From Pseudomonas sp. (GTDB lineage Bacteria > Pseudomonadota > Gammaproteobacteria > Pseudomonadales > Pseudomonadaceae), in assembly GCF_051660785.1 (NCBI RefSeq), contig NZ_JBOFQE010000012.1, forward strand, positions 347 through 64,346: a stretch of 64,000 bases of DNA, in the 5' to 3' direction. Numbering within the stretch: position 1 is the stretch's first letter; each line of letters starts with the position of its first letter. Both the position numbers and the translations under genes were made by a program. This document shows, one piece after another, positions 1 to 13,113 of this stretch. Below the pieces are notes generated by a model. The model made no database searches. It had not been told where the DNA came from and worked only from the letters and a program-made list of their open reading frames with translations.

Positions 1-382
1 CCGGGTCGATGTAACGACCGCCCGCCGCGACTTTGCGGATCGCCGTCAGCAGCAGCGCCGGATCGCTGTCCTTGGTCGCGTAACCCGCAGCGCCAACCTT
101 CAGCGCCCGGGCGGCCATTTGCGCTTCGTCGTGCATCGACAGCACCAGGATGGCCGGCGGATTGTTCAGCGCACGAATCCGCGGGATCGCTTCCAGGCCA
201 TTGACGCCCGGCATGGAGATGTCCAGCAACACCACTTCGCAGGGCACATGCCGCAGGGTCTCGAGCAACTGCTCGCCATTGCTCGCCTCCCCTACCACCA
301 GCAAGTCCTTGGCCAGGCCAATCAATTGCTTGATGCCTTCACGGACGATGGTGTGGTCTTCGGCTACCAGTACACGGATCAC
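1..382 (-). CDS. agtR: NarL/LuxR-family response regulator (AgtR-like), C-terminal part runs off the window
   Basis: Manual translation of the minus strand from GTG at 382 gives MIRVLVAEDHTIVREGIKQLI...LLDISMPG...GYATKD, a receiver domain. There is a GGAGA RBS. It lies downstream of the sensor kinase, and synteny matches P. aeruginosa PA0600-0601 as recalled. Confidence 0.8.
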   Translation of the reverse strand, partial: MIRVLVAEDHTIVREGIKQLIGLAKDLLVVGEASNGEQLLETLRHVPCEVVLLDISMPGVNGLEAIPRIRALNNPPAILVLSMHDEAQMAARALKVGAAGYATKDSDPALLLTAIRKVAAGGRYIDP

Positions 383-406
383 AAGTTTCTCCAGATTCAA
401 GATCAT

Positions 407-479
407 TCGCGAGCAGGCTCGCTCCCACAGGGGTTTTGTAAACGCCGCAGATCCAATGTGGGAGCGAGCCTGCTCGCGA
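407..479. repeat. REP doublet (REPIN)
   Basis: TCGCGAGCAGGCTCGCTCCCACA ... TGTGGGAGCGAGCCTGCTCGCGA, inverted arms typical of Pseudomonas REPs. Confidence 0.92.
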
Positions 480-505
480 AGGCGTCAGTACAGACAACAA
501 ATACC

Positions 506-2902
506 TCAGGCCTCATTCACCGGTACTCGCACACTCAACGTCGTGCCCTCCCCCGGCTCACTCTCCAGCGACAACTGCCCACCCATGATCAACACCCGCT
601 CGCGCATGCCGACCACCCCGAAGGAAGTCGCCCTGCCGGTAGCGGGGACAAATCCTACGCCATCATCACTGACCGTCAGACACAACTCGTCGCCTTCCAG
701 CGCCAGCGTCAGTTCAACAGTATGCGCCTGGGCATGGCGCATGACATTGGTCAGCGCTTCCTGAAGGATCCGGAACAGACCGATTGCCTTGGCGTCACTG
801 AGCACCGGCAGATTTTCCGGCACCTGCACCAGACACGGAATCTGCGTGCGCGACTCGAAGCGCCGGGCCTGCCACTCGATGGCCGAGGCGATCCCGGCAT
901 CGAGAATCGGCGGGCGCAACGCGGTCGCCACATCGCGCACCAGCTGGAACAGTTGAGCAATCAGCCGTTTCATGCTGTTCAACCGTTCATTCAGACCGGG
1001 GTCGAGCTGAGCGTAGGCCAATTCGCACATGGAAGTTTCCAGTTTGAGCACGGTCAACATCTGACCCAACTCATCGTGCACTTCCCGGGCGATGCGCGCT
1101 TTCTCCTCTTCCCGCACGCTCTCCAGGTGAGCGGACAGCTCACGCAGTTGTTCGCGGGAGCTGGCCAATTCCAGTTCGATACGCTTGCTCTCGCTGATGT
1201 CCCAGACAATCCCGTCCCAAACGTAGGCGCCGTCTTCGAGCCGGCGGGTGATGGCCTTGATCTCGGCCCAGCGTTGCTCACCCGAACGGGTGAGTATTCG
1301 CCCCTGCCACGACCAGTCACTGTCCGTATCCAGCGCGTGGTCCTGAGTCTGGTGATAGCTGGCCTTGTCGTCCGGATGCACCAGACTGCGCAGGCCTTTG
1401 TCGCGATGGGCCAGGGTCGCCGGCGAGTAGCCCACCAGACTCTCGCTGCCTTCACTGATGTAGGCAAAGTCGATCTGCCCTGTCACCGGAGCCCGTTCCA
1501 GGCGGAAGACCAATCCGGGAACGTTGGCGGCAATCCCCTGTAACCGCGCTTCGCTTTCCTGCAACGCGGCCAAGGCGCGACGACGCTCGGTGACGTCGTT
1601 GAGATAGACCACCAGGTATTCACCGCCGCGAAAGCGCATGAAGCTCAACGAGACATCGGTCGGCAGGATGCTGCCATCGGCCCGTACACAGTTGGTTTCG
1701 AAACTTTGCGGCCCCTCTTCGCTGGCCCGGGCGCGCTTCCACAGGTTCAGCCAGCGGTCCATGTGCAGGCCCGGCTCGAAGTCGATCAATGGCCGATCGA
1801 TGATTCCGCCTGACGGATAACCGAGCATGGTTTCCGCCGCGCGATTGGCGTAGCGCACGTGGCTGTCCCAGTTGACCCAAAGGATGCCGACGGTGCTTTG
1901 ATCGATGGAGAACTGCGTCAGGCGCAATGCCTCTTCACTGGCCTCGCGCAGGGCAATGTCTTCGCGGGCAGCCAATAGACGCTGCTCCAGACTGTGCTGC
2001 TGGCGGCGTTGCCAGAACACGATGGCCATGCTGCTCAGCATCAGCACCGCCATCAGCAGGCAGAGGTTTTGCCAGAATCCCGGGGACTCGGTCAGGCGCG
2101 GGTATTTCGGTTGCAGCCATTGGTTGTGCAGGTGCTCCAGGTCCTTGGCCGGGATCGCCCGCAGTGCGCTTTCGACGATGCCGGCCAGTTCCGGCAAGTC
2201 CCGGCGTGTGGCCACACGCAGCAATTGCGGCAAGCCGATGTCGCCCACCACGACAAGCCCGGCGAACTCAGGCTCGACAGACAGACGCCCCAATTGCGCT
2301 TCATCGACCACGGCGTAACCGGCCTGCTGGCTCAGCAATAGCTGCAATGCCTGGCGCTCCATCGGGACGCCTTGCAGGTTCAGATGGGGATAGTTGCCGC
2401 GCAGATAGTCGGCCGTCGCACTGGGCATGCGCACCGCGACACGGGTTTGGCTGTCGAGTTTTTCCAGCTCTACAACACCGGTGCTTTTCTGGTCGCTGAC
2501 CACCAGTTGCGGCACCCGCATGTAAGGGTCGGAGAATTGCCAGAGTCGCAGTCCCGCAGGGGTTTGGGTCAGCCCGGGGGCGATGTCGATTTCGCCCTCG
2601 CGTGCGGCGGCTTCCAATTGCTCAAGGTCAGGAAAATTACGCCAGCTCAGCTCGACCTTGAGAGCCTTTGCCAGCCATTTCATCAACTCGACATTCACCC
2701 CGGACAAGCGCTGCAAGCGGCGATCGTATTGCGCGTACGGTGCCTGCAACACCAGCCCCACGCGCAATTCGCCATGGTCTGCCAGCCACTGTTGCTGCTT
2801 GGGCGACAAGGGTGCGACGTGCGTCGGTGGCGCGGAAGCCGCCCAACTGATCAAGGGAAACCACAAACAGCCGATAACCCACAGGCAGCGAAAACGCATC
2901 AT
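506..2902 (-). CDS. agtS: Periplasmic-binding-domain / PAS sensor histidine kinase (NarX/UhpB-type HisKA_3; AgtS-like)
   Basis: Signal peptide, SBP domain, TM segment, two PAS domains, H-box IAREVHDELGQ, and QEALTNVMRHA plus DDGVGF of the HATPase domain. Start trimmed to the ATG-ATG at 2902/2899. Confidence 0.8.
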   Translation of the reverse strand: MMRFRCLWVIGCLWFPLISWAASAPPTHVAPLSPKQQQWLADHGELRVGLVLQAPYAQYDRRLQRLSGVNVELMKWLAKALKVELSWRNFPDLEQLEAAAREGEIDIAPGLTQTPAGLRLWQFSDPYMRVPQLVVSDQKSTGVVELEKLDSQTRVAVRMPSATADYLRGNYPHLNLQGVPMERQALQLLLSQQAGYAVVDEAQLGRLSVEPEFAGLVVVGDIGLPQLLRVATRRDLPELAGIVESALRAIPAKDLEHLHNQWLQPKYPRLTESPGFWQNLCLLMAVLMLSSMAIVFWQRRQQHSLEQRLLAAREDIALREASEEALRLTQFSIDQSTVGILWVNWDSHVRYANRAAETMLGYPSGGIIDRPLIDFEPGLHMDRWLNLWKRARASEEGPQSFETNCVRADGSILPTDVSLSFMRFRGGEYLVVYLNDVTERRRALAALQESEARLQGIAANVPGLVFRLERAPVTGQIDFAYISEGSESLVGYSPATLAHRDKGLRSLVHPDDKASYHQTQDHALDTDSDWSWQGRILTRSGEQRWAEIKAITRRLEDGAYVWDGIVWDISESKRIELELASSREQLRELSAHLESVREEEKARIAREVHDELGQMLTVLKLETSMCELAYAQLDPGLNERLNSMKRLIAQLFQLVRDVATALRPPILDAGIASAIEWQARRFESRTQIPCLVQVPENLPVLSDAKAIGLFRILQEALTNVMRHAQAHTVELTLALEGDELCLTVSDDGVGFVPATGRATSFGVVGMRERVLIMGGQLSLESEPGEGTTLSVRVPVNEA

Positions 2903-2975
2903 TGAAGTCTCACACACTGACAAATACTGACCAACCCATTAGGCTGCCGGAATAACTTCTGGCCTGGAATATCCG

Positions 2976-3968
2976 ATGCCCCCTGTCTACCGCCTGGCAC
3001 TGCCAGCATTGTGCCTGTCGCTGATCCTGCCTTGTGCCTTTTCCGTCGAGGCGGCCGATCCGGCACCTGCCGCTGCGGAAAAACCCGCGGAAGAAAAACC
3101 GGTCGAACGCCAGCCACTGCTTGAGCGTAGTCAGGAAGAAGCGACAGCACTTGAGCGAAAAATCCCGGCGCAGGAACAGCAACAACTGCAAGCCGGTGCC
3201 GACACTTTTCTTGCCTTGTGGAAACCGGCCAACACCGCCGAGCCCAAAGGCGCGGTGATTATCATCCCGGGCGCAGGTGAAACCGTTGACTGGCCGCAAG
3301 CAATCGGCCCGTTGCGCAACAAATTGCCCGACGCGAAGTGGAGCAGCCTGAGTATCACCTTGCCGGACCTGCAAAGCGATGCCATTGCGCCACGCGTCGT
3401 GGAAATGCCGCCAACGCTCAAGGCGCCGGAAACCGGCAGCAAGGACTCGACCACGGCAGCACCCATCGAACAAGCCGCTGGTGGCGAAGCGGAAGTTGCC
3501 GACAAGGCCATCGCCGAAACCACAGAAGAGCAAGCGAAGGCTGACGCCGATCGAATCTTTGCGCGGATTGACGCTGCCGTCGCTTATGCCGAACAGCAAA
3601 GCGCTCGCAGCATCGTCGTGCTGGGCCATGGCACCGGCGCTTACTGGGCTGCGCGTTATCTGAGCGAGAAGCAGCCGTCGCAAGTGGAGAAGTTTGTGAT
3701 GGTGGCGGTGCAGACACCCGCTGCGGCGAAACCCGAACTGGCGCAATTGACGCCAACGTTGAAGCTGCCGACCGTCGATATTTTCTATATGGATAAACCG
3801 CTGGATCGCAATGCAGCGCTGGAGCGGATGCAGGCCAGCAAACGCTTGAAGACTTCGGCGTTCAGCCAGGTATCGCTCAAGGCGTTGCCCGGTAATGCCA
3901 AGGCTGAGCAAGAGCAGCTGGTGCGCCGGGTACGCGGGTGGTTGAATCCGCAGAAGGCGGCGGACTGA
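2976..3968 (+). CDS. Exported alpha/beta-hydrolase-fold protein (DUF3530-like)
   Basis: 330-aa ORF with a signal peptide and an SIVVLGHGTGAYW nucleophile-elbow-like motif, at a conserved position in this locus. Confidence 0.75.
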   Translation: MPPVYRLALPALCLSLILPCAFSVEAADPAPAAAEKPAEEKPVERQPLLERSQEEATALERKIPAQEQQQLQAGADTFLALWKPANTAEPKGAVIIIPGAGETVDWPQAIGPLRNKLPDAKWSSLSITLPDLQSDAIAPRVVEMPPTLKAPETGSKDSTTAAPIEQAAGGEAEVADKAIAETTEEQAKADADRIFARIDAAVAYAEQQSARSIVVLGHGTGAYWAARYLSEKQPSQVEKFVMVAVQTPAAAKPELAQLTPTLKLPTVDIFYMDKPLDRNAALERMQASKRLKTSAFSQVSLKALPGNAKAEQEQLVRRVRGWLNPQKAAD

Positions 3969-3985
3969 CAGACCGCGTCGCCCCC

Positions 3986-4078
3986 ATCGCGAGCAGGCTC
4001 ACTCCCACATTTGATCTTCACTGGACACAGAATGTGTGTGCAACCGGGATCAAGTGTGGGAGTGAGCCTGCTCGCGAT
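3986..4078. repeat. REP doublet (REPIN) between convergent genes
   Basis: ATCGCGAGCAGGCTCACTCCCACA ... TGTGGGAGTGAGCCTGCTCGCGAT; inner TTGATC/GATCAA extends the stem. Confidence 0.92.
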
Positions 4079-4110
4079 ATGGGGCTTACAGACAACACAT
4101 TTCTTTACCG

Positions 4111-4878
4111 CTACCGAAAATCCCGCCGCTCACGTATCAAACTGTACGCCGTATGCAGTTCGCGAGTCTTGTCAGTCGCCTCACGCACCTGCAACGCCGT
4201 CGCACCGCTGCCGGCTATCTTGTCCGGGTGATGACGACTGAGCAGGCGTCGATAGGCACGCTTGATCTGCGCCGGCTCGCTGGTTGCCGACACCCCCAAA
4301 AGCCGCAAGGCATCTTGATAAGTCAGGGCACTGCTGACTGGCGGCCGCAGATGTGGCTCATAGTCCGCCGCGAGCGCCTGCACCTGATGTCGGTTCCAGC
4401 CCAGCCACTTGCCCCATTGCGCAATCAGTTCACGCTCGGCATTGCCCGCACGGCCATCGGCCCAGACCATCCGCCAACATGCGCGCAACACGCCTTCCGC
4501 TGCATGGGGCTGAGCGCTCAAGCGACGCAGATAGCCGCGTAACCGGTCGTTGCCGGACTTGCCGCGATTGAATGCAGCAATCGCCCGGCGCCTTGCCGGC
4601 TCGGTCATCTCCAGCGCGTGCATTTCCTGGCGCGCCTGCTGGATATGTCCCTCTCCCACGCGCCCGTCGCTCTTGGCCAGCCGCCCCAGCAACACGAACA
4701 ACAGCTCATCGTTGCGCAGCATCGGGCGACCGCCGAGCTTTTCACGTAAATGCCCCCAGCTTTGCAGGTGCAAGCGCCGATCCAGCGCCTGTCCCAATAA
4801 AGCGCCGAGCATGGCCCCCGGAATGCTGGCTATGGCAAAGCCCGCTCCGGCTCCAATCAGAGTCCCTGGCCACAACAT
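4111..4878 (-). CDS. djlA: DjlA-like co-chaperone (N-terminal TM, TerB-like domain, C-terminal J domain)
   Basis: N-terminal glycine-rich TM helix; C-terminal J domain with an HPD motif (RHHPDK). Confidence 0.8.
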   Translation of the reverse strand: MLWPGTLIGAGAGFAIASIPGAMLGALLGQALDRRLHLQSWGHLREKLGGRPMLRNDELLFVLLGRLAKSDGRVGEGHIQQARQEMHALEMTEPARRRAIAAFNRGKSGNDRLRGYLRRLSAQPHAAEGVLRACWRMVWADGRAGNAERELIAQWGKWLGWNRHQVQALAADYEPHLRPPVSSALTYQDALRLLGVSATSEPAQIKRAYRRLLSRHHPDKIAGSGATALQVREATDKTRELHTAYSLIRERRDFR

Positions 4879-4879
4879 G

Positions 4880-6567
<1,688 letters not shown>

Positions 6568-6697
6568 TGCAAGGGTCTCCGACGGCGCTAGCCGTCAAGC
6601 GGGTCATGCTTTATTATCCAGCATCTTTTTCAGACCATCGAGAGGCGTGCGGCCCACACCGCGGGCAGATGGCACGCAGGAAGCCCGGACTAATAAG

Positions 6698-9511
6698 ATG
6701 GCATTGAAATCCCCCGCGTTTCGTAAAAAATTTCCGTTGTTGGTTACCGGCAGTCTGCTGGCCCTGCAACCTCTAGCCACTTCATTCGTGGTCGCCGCGG
6801 AACAGTATGACTGCTCAGTCTCTGCTTCGGGTGCCTGGGACTGTGCGCCAAAAGCGCCAGCGGCGGCATTGCCTCCGCGTCCCGTCCATGACGGCAGCGC
6901 AGTTTCCGCCACCGGCGAACCTGCGACCGAGAGTGGCACCAGTGAAGACACCGGCGCCAAACCCGTGCTGGTTACCGAGTCCAAAGGCCGCGGCCTGAAG
7001 TCGCGTAGTGCAGACTACAGTCACCTCGACTGGGTTCCGCGCGAGAACCTCACGGCAGCGCAACTGGCCGAGACTGGTCCTTACTGCTCTGGTTCCTATA
7101 TCGAACCAATTCGTCCTGGCATGAATGACAAGACGAATAAAAGCGACGCTCCAACCTTTATCGGCGCCAAAGCTTCCCGCTATAAGCAGGATGAGCAAGT
7201 TGCGACCCTGGCCGGTGACGTCGTCATGCGTCAGGGCAGCATGCAGGTCGAAGCCGACGAAGCGAACCTGTACCAGGCTGAAAGCCGTGGCGAACTGAGC
7301 GGCAACGTGCGCATTCGCGACAACGGCGCGCTGATCGTGGGCGACCACGCCGACGTGCAGCTCGATACCGGTGAAGCCAAGGTCGATAACGCCGAATACG
7401 TGATGCACAAGTCCCGTATCCGCGGTAACGCGCTGTACGCCAAACGTGCAGAAAACGCGATCATCCGTCTCAAGGATGGTACGTACACCACGTGCGAACC
7501 GAACAGCAACGCCTGGCAGCTCAAGGGCAACAACATCACCTTGAACCCGGCGACCGGCTTCGGCACCGCGACCAACGTGACACTGCGGGTCAAGGACATT
7601 CCAGTCCTGTACACGCCATACATCTACTTCCCGATCGATGACCGTCGCCAGTCCGGCTTCCTGCCGCCGACTATCGGCACCGGCAGCGATACCGGCTTCA
7701 TGCTGGTAACACCGTACTACTTCAACCTGGCGCCGAATTACGATGCCACGTTGTATCCGCGTTACATGGCCAAGCACGGTTTGTTGATGGAAGGCGAATT
7801 CCGCTACCTGACCAAGTCCAGTGAAGGTCAGTTCGGCGCAGCGTACCTCAACGACGAAGACACTGATCGCAGCAATCAGACCGACTACCAGAAAAACCGC
7901 TACATGTATAACTGGCAGCACAAGGGCGGTCTGGATTCGCGTGTATTCACGAAAGTGGACTACACAAAAATCAGCGATCCTTACTACTTCCAGGACCTGG
8001 AAACTGACCAGATCGGCGTGAAAAGCGCTGACTATGTGAATCAGCAGGGTTTGGTCAGCTACCGTGGCGACAGCTACACCGCAACGCTGAACGCCCAGGC
8101 TTATCAACTGGCAACCGTTACGAACATCACGCCGTATGATCGCTTGCCGCAGATCACCTTCAACGGCCAGCTGCCCACGCATCCAGCCGGCCTGGATTTC
8201 GATTACGAAACCGAGCTAGTACGGTTCGATCGCGACCTGAAGGACGGGGACTTCATCAATGAAGACGGCACCGCCGAGTCCCGTCTTGATAACAACGTCG
8301 CTGGCCTGGCTCGCGCCAACGGCAACCGTCTGAACCTCAAGCCGGGGGTCAGCCTTCCGCTGGACTGGACCTATGGCTTCATCAAGCCATCGCTCAAATA
8401 CCAGTACACCCAGTACGATCTTGATCTGGACCGCACCGGCAAGGATCAAATCGTTGCCCAGGAGAATTTCGCTGCGGCAACGGGTACCGACAACGTCAAC
8501 GGTACGTTCAGCCGCAATCAGAACCGCGGCGTGCCGATCGCCAGCATCGACAGTGGCCTGTACTTCGATCGCAATACCCAATGGTTCGGCAAGAACTATC
8601 GCCAGACCCTGGAACCGCGTCTGTACTACCTCTACGTTCCAGAAGAAAATCAGGAAGACATTCCGGTTTTCGACACCGGCGAATACACCTTCAACTATGC
8701 GTCGCTGTTCCGTGACAACCGTTTTTCCGGCTCCGACCGTGTCGGCGACGAGAACAAGCTGTCCCTGGGCGTTACCAACCGCTGGATCGAAGAAGACGGT
8801 TTCGAACGTCAACGGATCAGTGTTGGCCAGGCGTTGTACTTCAAGGACCGCGAAGTCCAGTTGCCGGGTATCGATGCAAAAACCCGCGACGACGCGCACT
8901 CCAACGTTTCACCGTATGCGCTGGAATACGAATATCGCTGGAACCGCGATTGGCGCACCACGGCCGACTACAACTGGGACCCGGACAGCCGCAGCCCTCG
9001 CTCAGGCAGCGCGATGTTCCACTACCAGCCTGAAGACAACCCGAACAAGGTCATCAACGCCGGCTATCGCTATCGTAATGACCAGGTCCGTTATGACCAG
9101 AACACCGGTAAGTGGTCGGTAGGCGGCGGTGACTATGGCACCCCTGGCCAGCCTAACTACGTGAAGGACTACTACAAGATCGAACAGCACGACTTCTCGG
9201 TGATCTGGCCGATCGTGCCGCAATGGAACGCTATCAGCCGCTGGCAGTACGACTACAACCGCAACCGTACCCTGGAAGCCTTCGGTGGTTTCGAGTACGA
9301 CAACTGCTGCTGGAAACTGCGCCTGATCAACCGTTACTGGGTTTCCTATGACGAATTCAGTCAGAACGCCCCTGAAAACGAAAAAGGCGACCACGGCATC
9401 TTCCTACAAATTGTTCTGAAGGGACTCGGCGGCCTCACCGGCGCCAAAGTAGAGAGCTTCCTCGACAAAGGCATCCAAGGTTATCGTGAACGTGAAGACC
9501 AAGCTTTCTGA
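6698..9511 (+). CDS. lptD: LPS-assembly outer-membrane protein LptD
   Basis: Start trimmed to ATG 6698 ([15 protein letters not shown]). OstA-like N-domain, beta-barrel and the YDNCCW motif. Confidence 0.95.
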   Translation: MALKSPAFRKKFPLLVTGSLLALQPLATSFVVAAEQYDCSVSASGAWDCAPKAPAAALPPRPVHDGSAVSATGEPATESGTSEDTGAKPVLVTESKGRGLKSRSADYSHLDWVPRENLTAAQLAETGPYCSGSYIEPIRPGMNDKTNKSDAPTFIGAKASRYKQDEQVATLAGDVVMRQGSMQVEADEANLYQAESRGELSGNVRIRDNGALIVGDHADVQLDTGEAKVDNAEYVMHKSRIRGNALYAKRAENAIIRLKDGTYTTCEPNSNAWQLKGNNITLNPATGFGTATNVTLRVKDIPVLYTPYIYFPIDDRRQSGFLPPTIGTGSDTGFMLVTPYYFNLAPNYDATLYPRYMAKHGLLMEGEFRYLTKSSEGQFGAAYLNDEDTDRSNQTDYQKNRYMYNWQHKGGLDSRVFTKVDYTKISDPYYFQDLETDQIGVKSADYVNQQGLVSYRGDSYTATLNAQAYQLATVTNITPYDRLPQITFNGQLPTHPAGLDFDYETELVRFDRDLKDGDFINEDGTAESRLDNNVAGLARANGNRLNLKPGVSLPLDWTYGFIKPSLKYQYTQYDLDLDRTGKDQIVAQENFAAATGTDNVNGTFSRNQNRGVPIASIDSGLYFDRNTQWFGKNYRQTLEPRLYYLYVPEENQEDIPVFDTGEYTFNYASLFRDNRFSGSDRVGDENKLSLGVTNRWIEEDGFERQRISVGQALYFKDREVQLPGIDAKTRDDAHSNVSPYALEYEYRWNRDWRTTADYNWDPDSRSPRSGSAMFHYQPEDNPNKVINAGYRYRNDQVRYDQNTGKWSVGGGDYGTPGQPNYVKDYYKIEQHDFSVIWPIVPQWNAISRWQYDYNRNRTLEAFGGFEYDNCCWKLRLINRYWVSYDEFSQNAPENEKGDHGIFLQIVLKGLGGLTGAKVESFLDKGIQGYREREDQAF

Positions 9512-10808
9512 TTGTCTGCGCCCGCTAGTGCTGGGCGCGCTGTTCCTGGGTACTGCGGCGAACGCCGCAGTACAGTCCATCGATAAAGTGGTGGCCATCG
9601 TCGACAACGACGTGGTCATGCAGAGCCAACTGGACCAGCGTGTTCATGAAGTTCAGCAAACCATCGCCAAGCGCGGTGCCGCAGTACCTCCTGCCGGCGT
9701 GCTGGACCAGCAGGTACTTGAGCGTCTGATCGTCGAAAACCTGCAATTGCAGATCGGCGAGCGTTCCGGCATCCGCATCACCGATGAAGAACTGAACCAG
9801 GCCGTCGGCACCATTGCCCAGCGCAATAACATGTCGCTTGATCAATTCCGCGCCGCCCTGACTCGCGACGGTCTGTCTTACGACGACGCCCGCGAACAGA
9901 TCCGTCGCGAAATGATCATCAGCCGTGTGCGTCAGCGTCGGGTGGCAGAGCGCATCCAGGTATCTGAACAGGAAGTGAAGAACTTCCTGGCTTCCGACCT
10001 CGGCAAAATGCAGCTGTCGGAAGAATTCCGCCTGGCCAACATCCTGATCCCTACGCCGGAAAGCGCCAACTCCGACGCGATTCAGAATGCGGCCAAACAG
10101 GCTGATGCGGTTTACCAGCAACTCAAGCAAGGCGCTGACTTCGGTCAGTTGGCAATCGCCAAATCCGCCAGCGAAACCGCACTGGAAGGCGGCGACATGG
10201 GCTGGCGCAAAGCCGCTCAACTGCCTCCTCCGTTCGATCGCCTGCTGAGCACCATGACGGTTGGCGACATCACCCAGCCAATGCGTACGCCGGGCGGCTT
10301 CATCATCCTGAAGATCCTCGACAAGCGTGGCGGCGAGACCCAGACGCGTGACGAAGTGCACGTGCGTCACATCCTGGTGAAACCGAGCCCGATCCGCGAC
10401 GAAGCGAAAACCAAGGCCCTGGCCCAGTCGCTCTACACCCGTATCGAAGCGGGCGAAGATTTCAGCGAGCTGGCGAAAAGCTTCTCGGAAGATCCGGGTT
10501 CCGCCCTCAACGGTGGCGACCTGAACTGGATCGACCCGAATGCATTGGTGCCTGAATTCCGCGAAGTGATGGCCAAGACCCCGCAAGGTCAGCTGTCCAA
10601 GCCATTCCAGACCCAATACGGCTGGCACGTTCTGGAAGTCCTTGGCCGCCGCGCCACCGACAGCACCAGCCAGGCCCGTGAGCAGCAAGCGATGACCGTA
10701 CTGCGTAACCGCAAATACGACGAAGAGCTGCAAACCTGGCTGCGTCAGATCCGTGACGAAGCGTACGTAGAGATCAAACTCCCTGGTGCAGACCAGGCAG
10801 CGCAGTGA
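9492..10808 (+). CDS. surA: Periplasmic chaperone / PPIase SurA
   Basis: [18 protein letters not shown] and two parvulin domains (GGDMGW, GGDLNW); probable GTG start at 9492. Confidence 0.95.
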   Translation: MKTKLSDCLRPLVLGALFLGTAANAAVQSIDKVVAIVDNDVVMQSQLDQRVHEVQQTIAKRGAAVPPAGVLDQQVLERLIVENLQLQIGERSGIRITDEELNQAVGTIAQRNNMSLDQFRAALTRDGLSYDDAREQIRREMIISRVRQRRVAERIQVSEQEVKNFLASDLGKMQLSEEFRLANILIPTPESANSDAIQNAAKQADAVYQQLKQGADFGQLAIAKSASETALEGGDMGWRKAAQLPPPFDRLLSTMTVGDITQPMRTPGGFIILKILDKRGGETQTRDEVHVRHILVKPSPIRDEAKTKALAQSLYTRIEAGEDFSELAKSFSEDPGSALNGGDLNWIDPNALVPEFREVMAKTPQGQLSKPFQTQYGWHVLEVLGRRATDSTSQAREQQAMTVLRNRKYDEELQTWLRQIRDEAYVEIKLPGADQAAQ

Positions 10809-11794
10809 AACCCAAGCGTTTCGCGCTGACACCCGGCGAACCGGCCGGCATAGGCCCTGACCTGTGCCTGCTGCTCGCCTCGCAAGCCCAGCCGCACCCC
10901 CTGATTGCCATTACCAGCCGCGACCTGCTCCTTGAGCGGGCCGCGCAGCTGGGTGTGGTCGTCGATTTGCTGACGGTTACGCCGGACAGCTGGCCGGATG
11001 TTCCGGCACCCGCCAACAGCCTGTACGTCTGGGATACACCGCTTAATGCACCGGTCAGCGCCGGGCAACTGGACAAGGCCAATGCGGCTTTCGTTCTGGA
11101 AACCCTGACCCGTGCGGGCCAAGGCTGCCTGGACGGGCATTTTGCCGGCATGATCACCGCCCCTGTGCACAAAGGCGTGATCAATGAATCCGGGATTGCC
11201 TTCTCCGGACACACCGAATTTCTTGCTGACCTGACCCATACCGCGCAAGTGGTGATGATGCTTGCCACCCGCGGTTTGCGCGTGGCGCTGGTCACCACTC
11301 ACCTGCCCCTTCGGGAGATTGCCGATGCGATCACGCCAGAGCGTCTGGAACGGGTCACACGCATCCTGCACACCGATCTGCAACAAAAATTCGGCATCGC
11401 CCAGCCACGTATCCTGGTTTGCGGACTAAACCCGCACGCCGGTGAAGGCGGACACCTGGGCCATGAAGAAATCGACATCATCGAACCTACATTAGAGCGC
11501 CTGCGCGGCGAGGGCATGGACCTTCGCGGCCCCCTGCCCGCCGACACTCTGTTTACCCCAAAATATCTGGAGCACTGCGACGCGGTGCTGGCGATGTACC
11601 ACGACCAGGGCCTGCCTGTGCTGAAATACAAAGGCTTCGGCGCGGCAGTCAACGTGACCCTGGGCTTGCCGATCATCCGCACGTCAGTCGACCACGGCAC
11701 CGCCCTGGATCTGGCCGGCAGCGGCAACATCGACACCGGCAGCCTTCAAGTCGCCCTGGAAACCGCCTACCAGATGGCCGAGACCCGTTTATGA
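10805..11794 (+). CDS. pdxA: 4-hydroxythreonine-4-phosphate dehydrogenase
   Basis: [26 protein letters not shown] and RTSVDHGTA motifs. Confidence 0.95.
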   Translation: MKPKRFALTPGEPAGIGPDLCLLLASQAQPHPLIAITSRDLLLERAAQLGVVVDLLTVTPDSWPDVPAPANSLYVWDTPLNAPVSAGQLDKANAAFVLETLTRAGQGCLDGHFAGMITAPVHKGVINESGIAFSGHTEFLADLTHTAQVVMMLATRGLRVALVTTHLPLREIADAITPERLERVTRILHTDLQQKFGIAQPRILVCGLNPHAGEGGHLGHEEIDIIEPTLERLRGEGMDLRGPLPADTLFTPKYLEHCDAVLAMYHDQGLPVLKYKGFGAAVNVTLGLPIIRTSVDHGTALDLAGSGNIDTGSLQVALETAYQMAETRL

Positions 11795-12609
11795 CCGAGC
11801 ATTACCAACACCGGGCGCGCAAGCGTTTCGGCCAGAACTTCCTGCACGATGCCGGCGTTATCGACCGCATCCTGCGTTCCATCCACGCCAAGCCTGAGGA
11901 CCGTCTGCTGGAAATCGGCCCGGGCCAGGGTGCGTTGACCCAAGGCCTGCTCGGCAGCGGCGCGCAACTGGACGTGGTGGAGCTGGACAAGGACCTGATT
12001 CCGATCCTCAATCAGCAGTTCGCCGGCAAGAGCAATTTCAACCTGCATCAGGGTGACGCGCTGAAGTTCGACTTCAACAGCCTGAACGCAGCGCCGGGCA
12101 GCCTTCGGGTCGTCGGCAACCTGCCGTACAACATCTCTACGCCGCTGATCTTTCACTTGCTGCATAACGCCAGCCTGATTCGCGACATGCACTTCATGCT
12201 GCAAAAGGAAGTGGTCGAGCGCATGGCGGCAGGCCCGGGCGGCGGTGACTGGGGTCGCCTGTCGATCATGGTTCAGTATCACTGCCGTGTAGAACACCTG
12301 TTCAACGTCGGCCCGGGCGCGTTTAACCCGCCTCCGAAAGTCGATTCGGCGATCGTGCGCCTGGTGCCTCACACAGTCCTGCCGCACCCGGCCAAGGATC
12401 ACAAACTGCTGGAGCGAGTGGTGCGCGAAGCCTTCAACCAGCGCCGCAAGACCCTGCGCAACACCCTGAAATTGCTGCTGAGCAACGACGAAATCACCGC
12501 AGCCGGAGTCGACGGCAGCCTTCGTCCAGAGCAGCTCGACCTTGCCGCTTTCGTGCGCCTGGCCGACAAGCTCAGTGAACAAGTTCCGCACTCCCCCGCC
12601 GTCGACTGA
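11791..12609 (+). CDS. rsmA: 16S rRNA m6,2A dimethyltransferase (KsgA)
   Basis: [16 protein letters not shown] and [11 protein letters not shown] motifs. Confidence 0.95.
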   Translation: MTEHYQHRARKRFGQNFLHDAGVIDRILRSIHAKPEDRLLEIGPGQGALTQGLLGSGAQLDVVELDKDLIPILNQQFAGKSNFNLHQGDALKFDFNSLNAAPGSLRVVGNLPYNISTPLIFHLLHNASLIRDMHFMLQKEVVERMAAGPGGGDWGRLSIMVQYHCRVEHLFNVGPGAFNPPPKVDSAIVRLVPHTVLPHPAKDHKLLERVVREAFNQRRKTLRNTLKLLLSNDEITAAGVDGSLRPEQLDLAAFVRLADKLSEQVPHSPAVD

Positions 12610-12732
12610 CAGGCGACGAGCGTTATCGGGTAGGACACCAGCGCCCATGTCTGGTTTACTACCCGGTACTTGGCCTAGACTGAATTCAATCAGCTACGCC
12701 CCGCGTCCCGCTTCGTTTTTAAGGCCTCTCGC

Positions 12733-13113
12733 ATGTCCGATCCTCGTTATCAGGTCGACGTCAGCGTCGTCACCCGCTATCTGGCAGAACAATCGCAACC
12801 CGAGCAAGACCGCTTTGCCTTCGCCTACACCATTACTGTGCAGAACAACGGCGAGCTGCCGGCCAAGTTGCTGTCACGGCACTGGGTCATTACCGATGGC
12901 GACGGGCATGTCGAAGAGGTTCGCGGTGCGGGCGTTGTTGGCCAGCAACCGTTGATCGAACCGGGCAAGAGCCACACCTACAGCAGCGGCACCGTCATGA
13001 CCTCCAAGGTCGGCACGATGCAAGGCACTTACGAAATGATCGCCGACGACGGCAAACATTTTGATGCCATCATCGCTCCATTCCGCCTGGCGGTGCCCGG
13101 AGCCCTGCACTGA
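12733..13113 (+). CDS. apaG: ApaG protein
   Basis: RHWVITDG and [12 protein letters not shown] motifs. Confidence 0.95.
   Translation: MSDPRYQVDVSVVTRYLAEQSQPEQDRFAFAYTITVQNNGELPAKLLSRHWVITDGDGHVEEVRGAGVVGQQPLIEPGKSHTYSSGTVMTSKVGTMQGTYEMIADDGKHFDAIIAPFRLAVPGALH

Noticed and set aside
119-1543. 474-aa plus-strand ORF
   Set aside because: It is the antisense shadow of the sensor kinase and response regulator, has no recognisable motifs and runs through a REPIN
9525-10832. 435-aa minus-strand ORF; likewise 14780-16483, 24466-26103, 26615-28327, 36038-37543, 52126-53568 and 57225-58982
   Set aside because: These are antisense shadows of well-supported genes, expected from GC-rich codon bias, and carry no family motifs
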